64,000 bases of DNA, taken from the NCBI RefSeq assembly GCF_009914755.1, contig NC_060942.1. One strand, 5' to 3'. How positions within the stretch are numbered: the first letter of the stretch is position 1; each line of letters begins with the position of its first letter. Below, one piece after another: positions 62,868-64,000 of this stretch. Made by a program: the position numbers and the translations under genes. Source of the DNA: the human T2T-CHM13v2.0 reference genome, Homo sapiens. Under the pieces are notes generated by a model that saw only the letters and a list, made by a program, of their open reading frames with translations, ran no database searches and was not told the DNA's origin.

Positions 62868-64000
<1,133 letters not shown>

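Overview
AT-rich, repeat-dense primate genomic DNA, almost certainly human: it contains an AluY copy matching the AluYc1 consensus as recalled. It is intergenic or deep-intronic. I find no protein-coding gene, RNA gene, CpG-island promoter or CRISPR-like array. The supplied ORFs are short and either repeat-derived (Alu, L1, LTR, microsatellite) or chance frames. Much of the window is recognisable repeats: about 15 Alus, several L1s, L2/MIR, MaLR, ERV1 and ERVL LTRs, and the DNA transposons MER6A, MER44, Tigger2a and MER96B. Subfamily names come from recalled consensus sequences, not a database search. I cannot support a new biological system. The best observations are structural: a very young, possibly polymorphic AluYc1; a hairpin-associated compound duplication (44237-44441); a perfect 19-bp-arm palindrome (48359-48404); an old TSD-bounded L1 with an in-place inversion; two diverged short-range dispersed duplications; a tail-to-tail Alu pair; a three-level transposon nest; and some candidate enhancers and non-coding exons.
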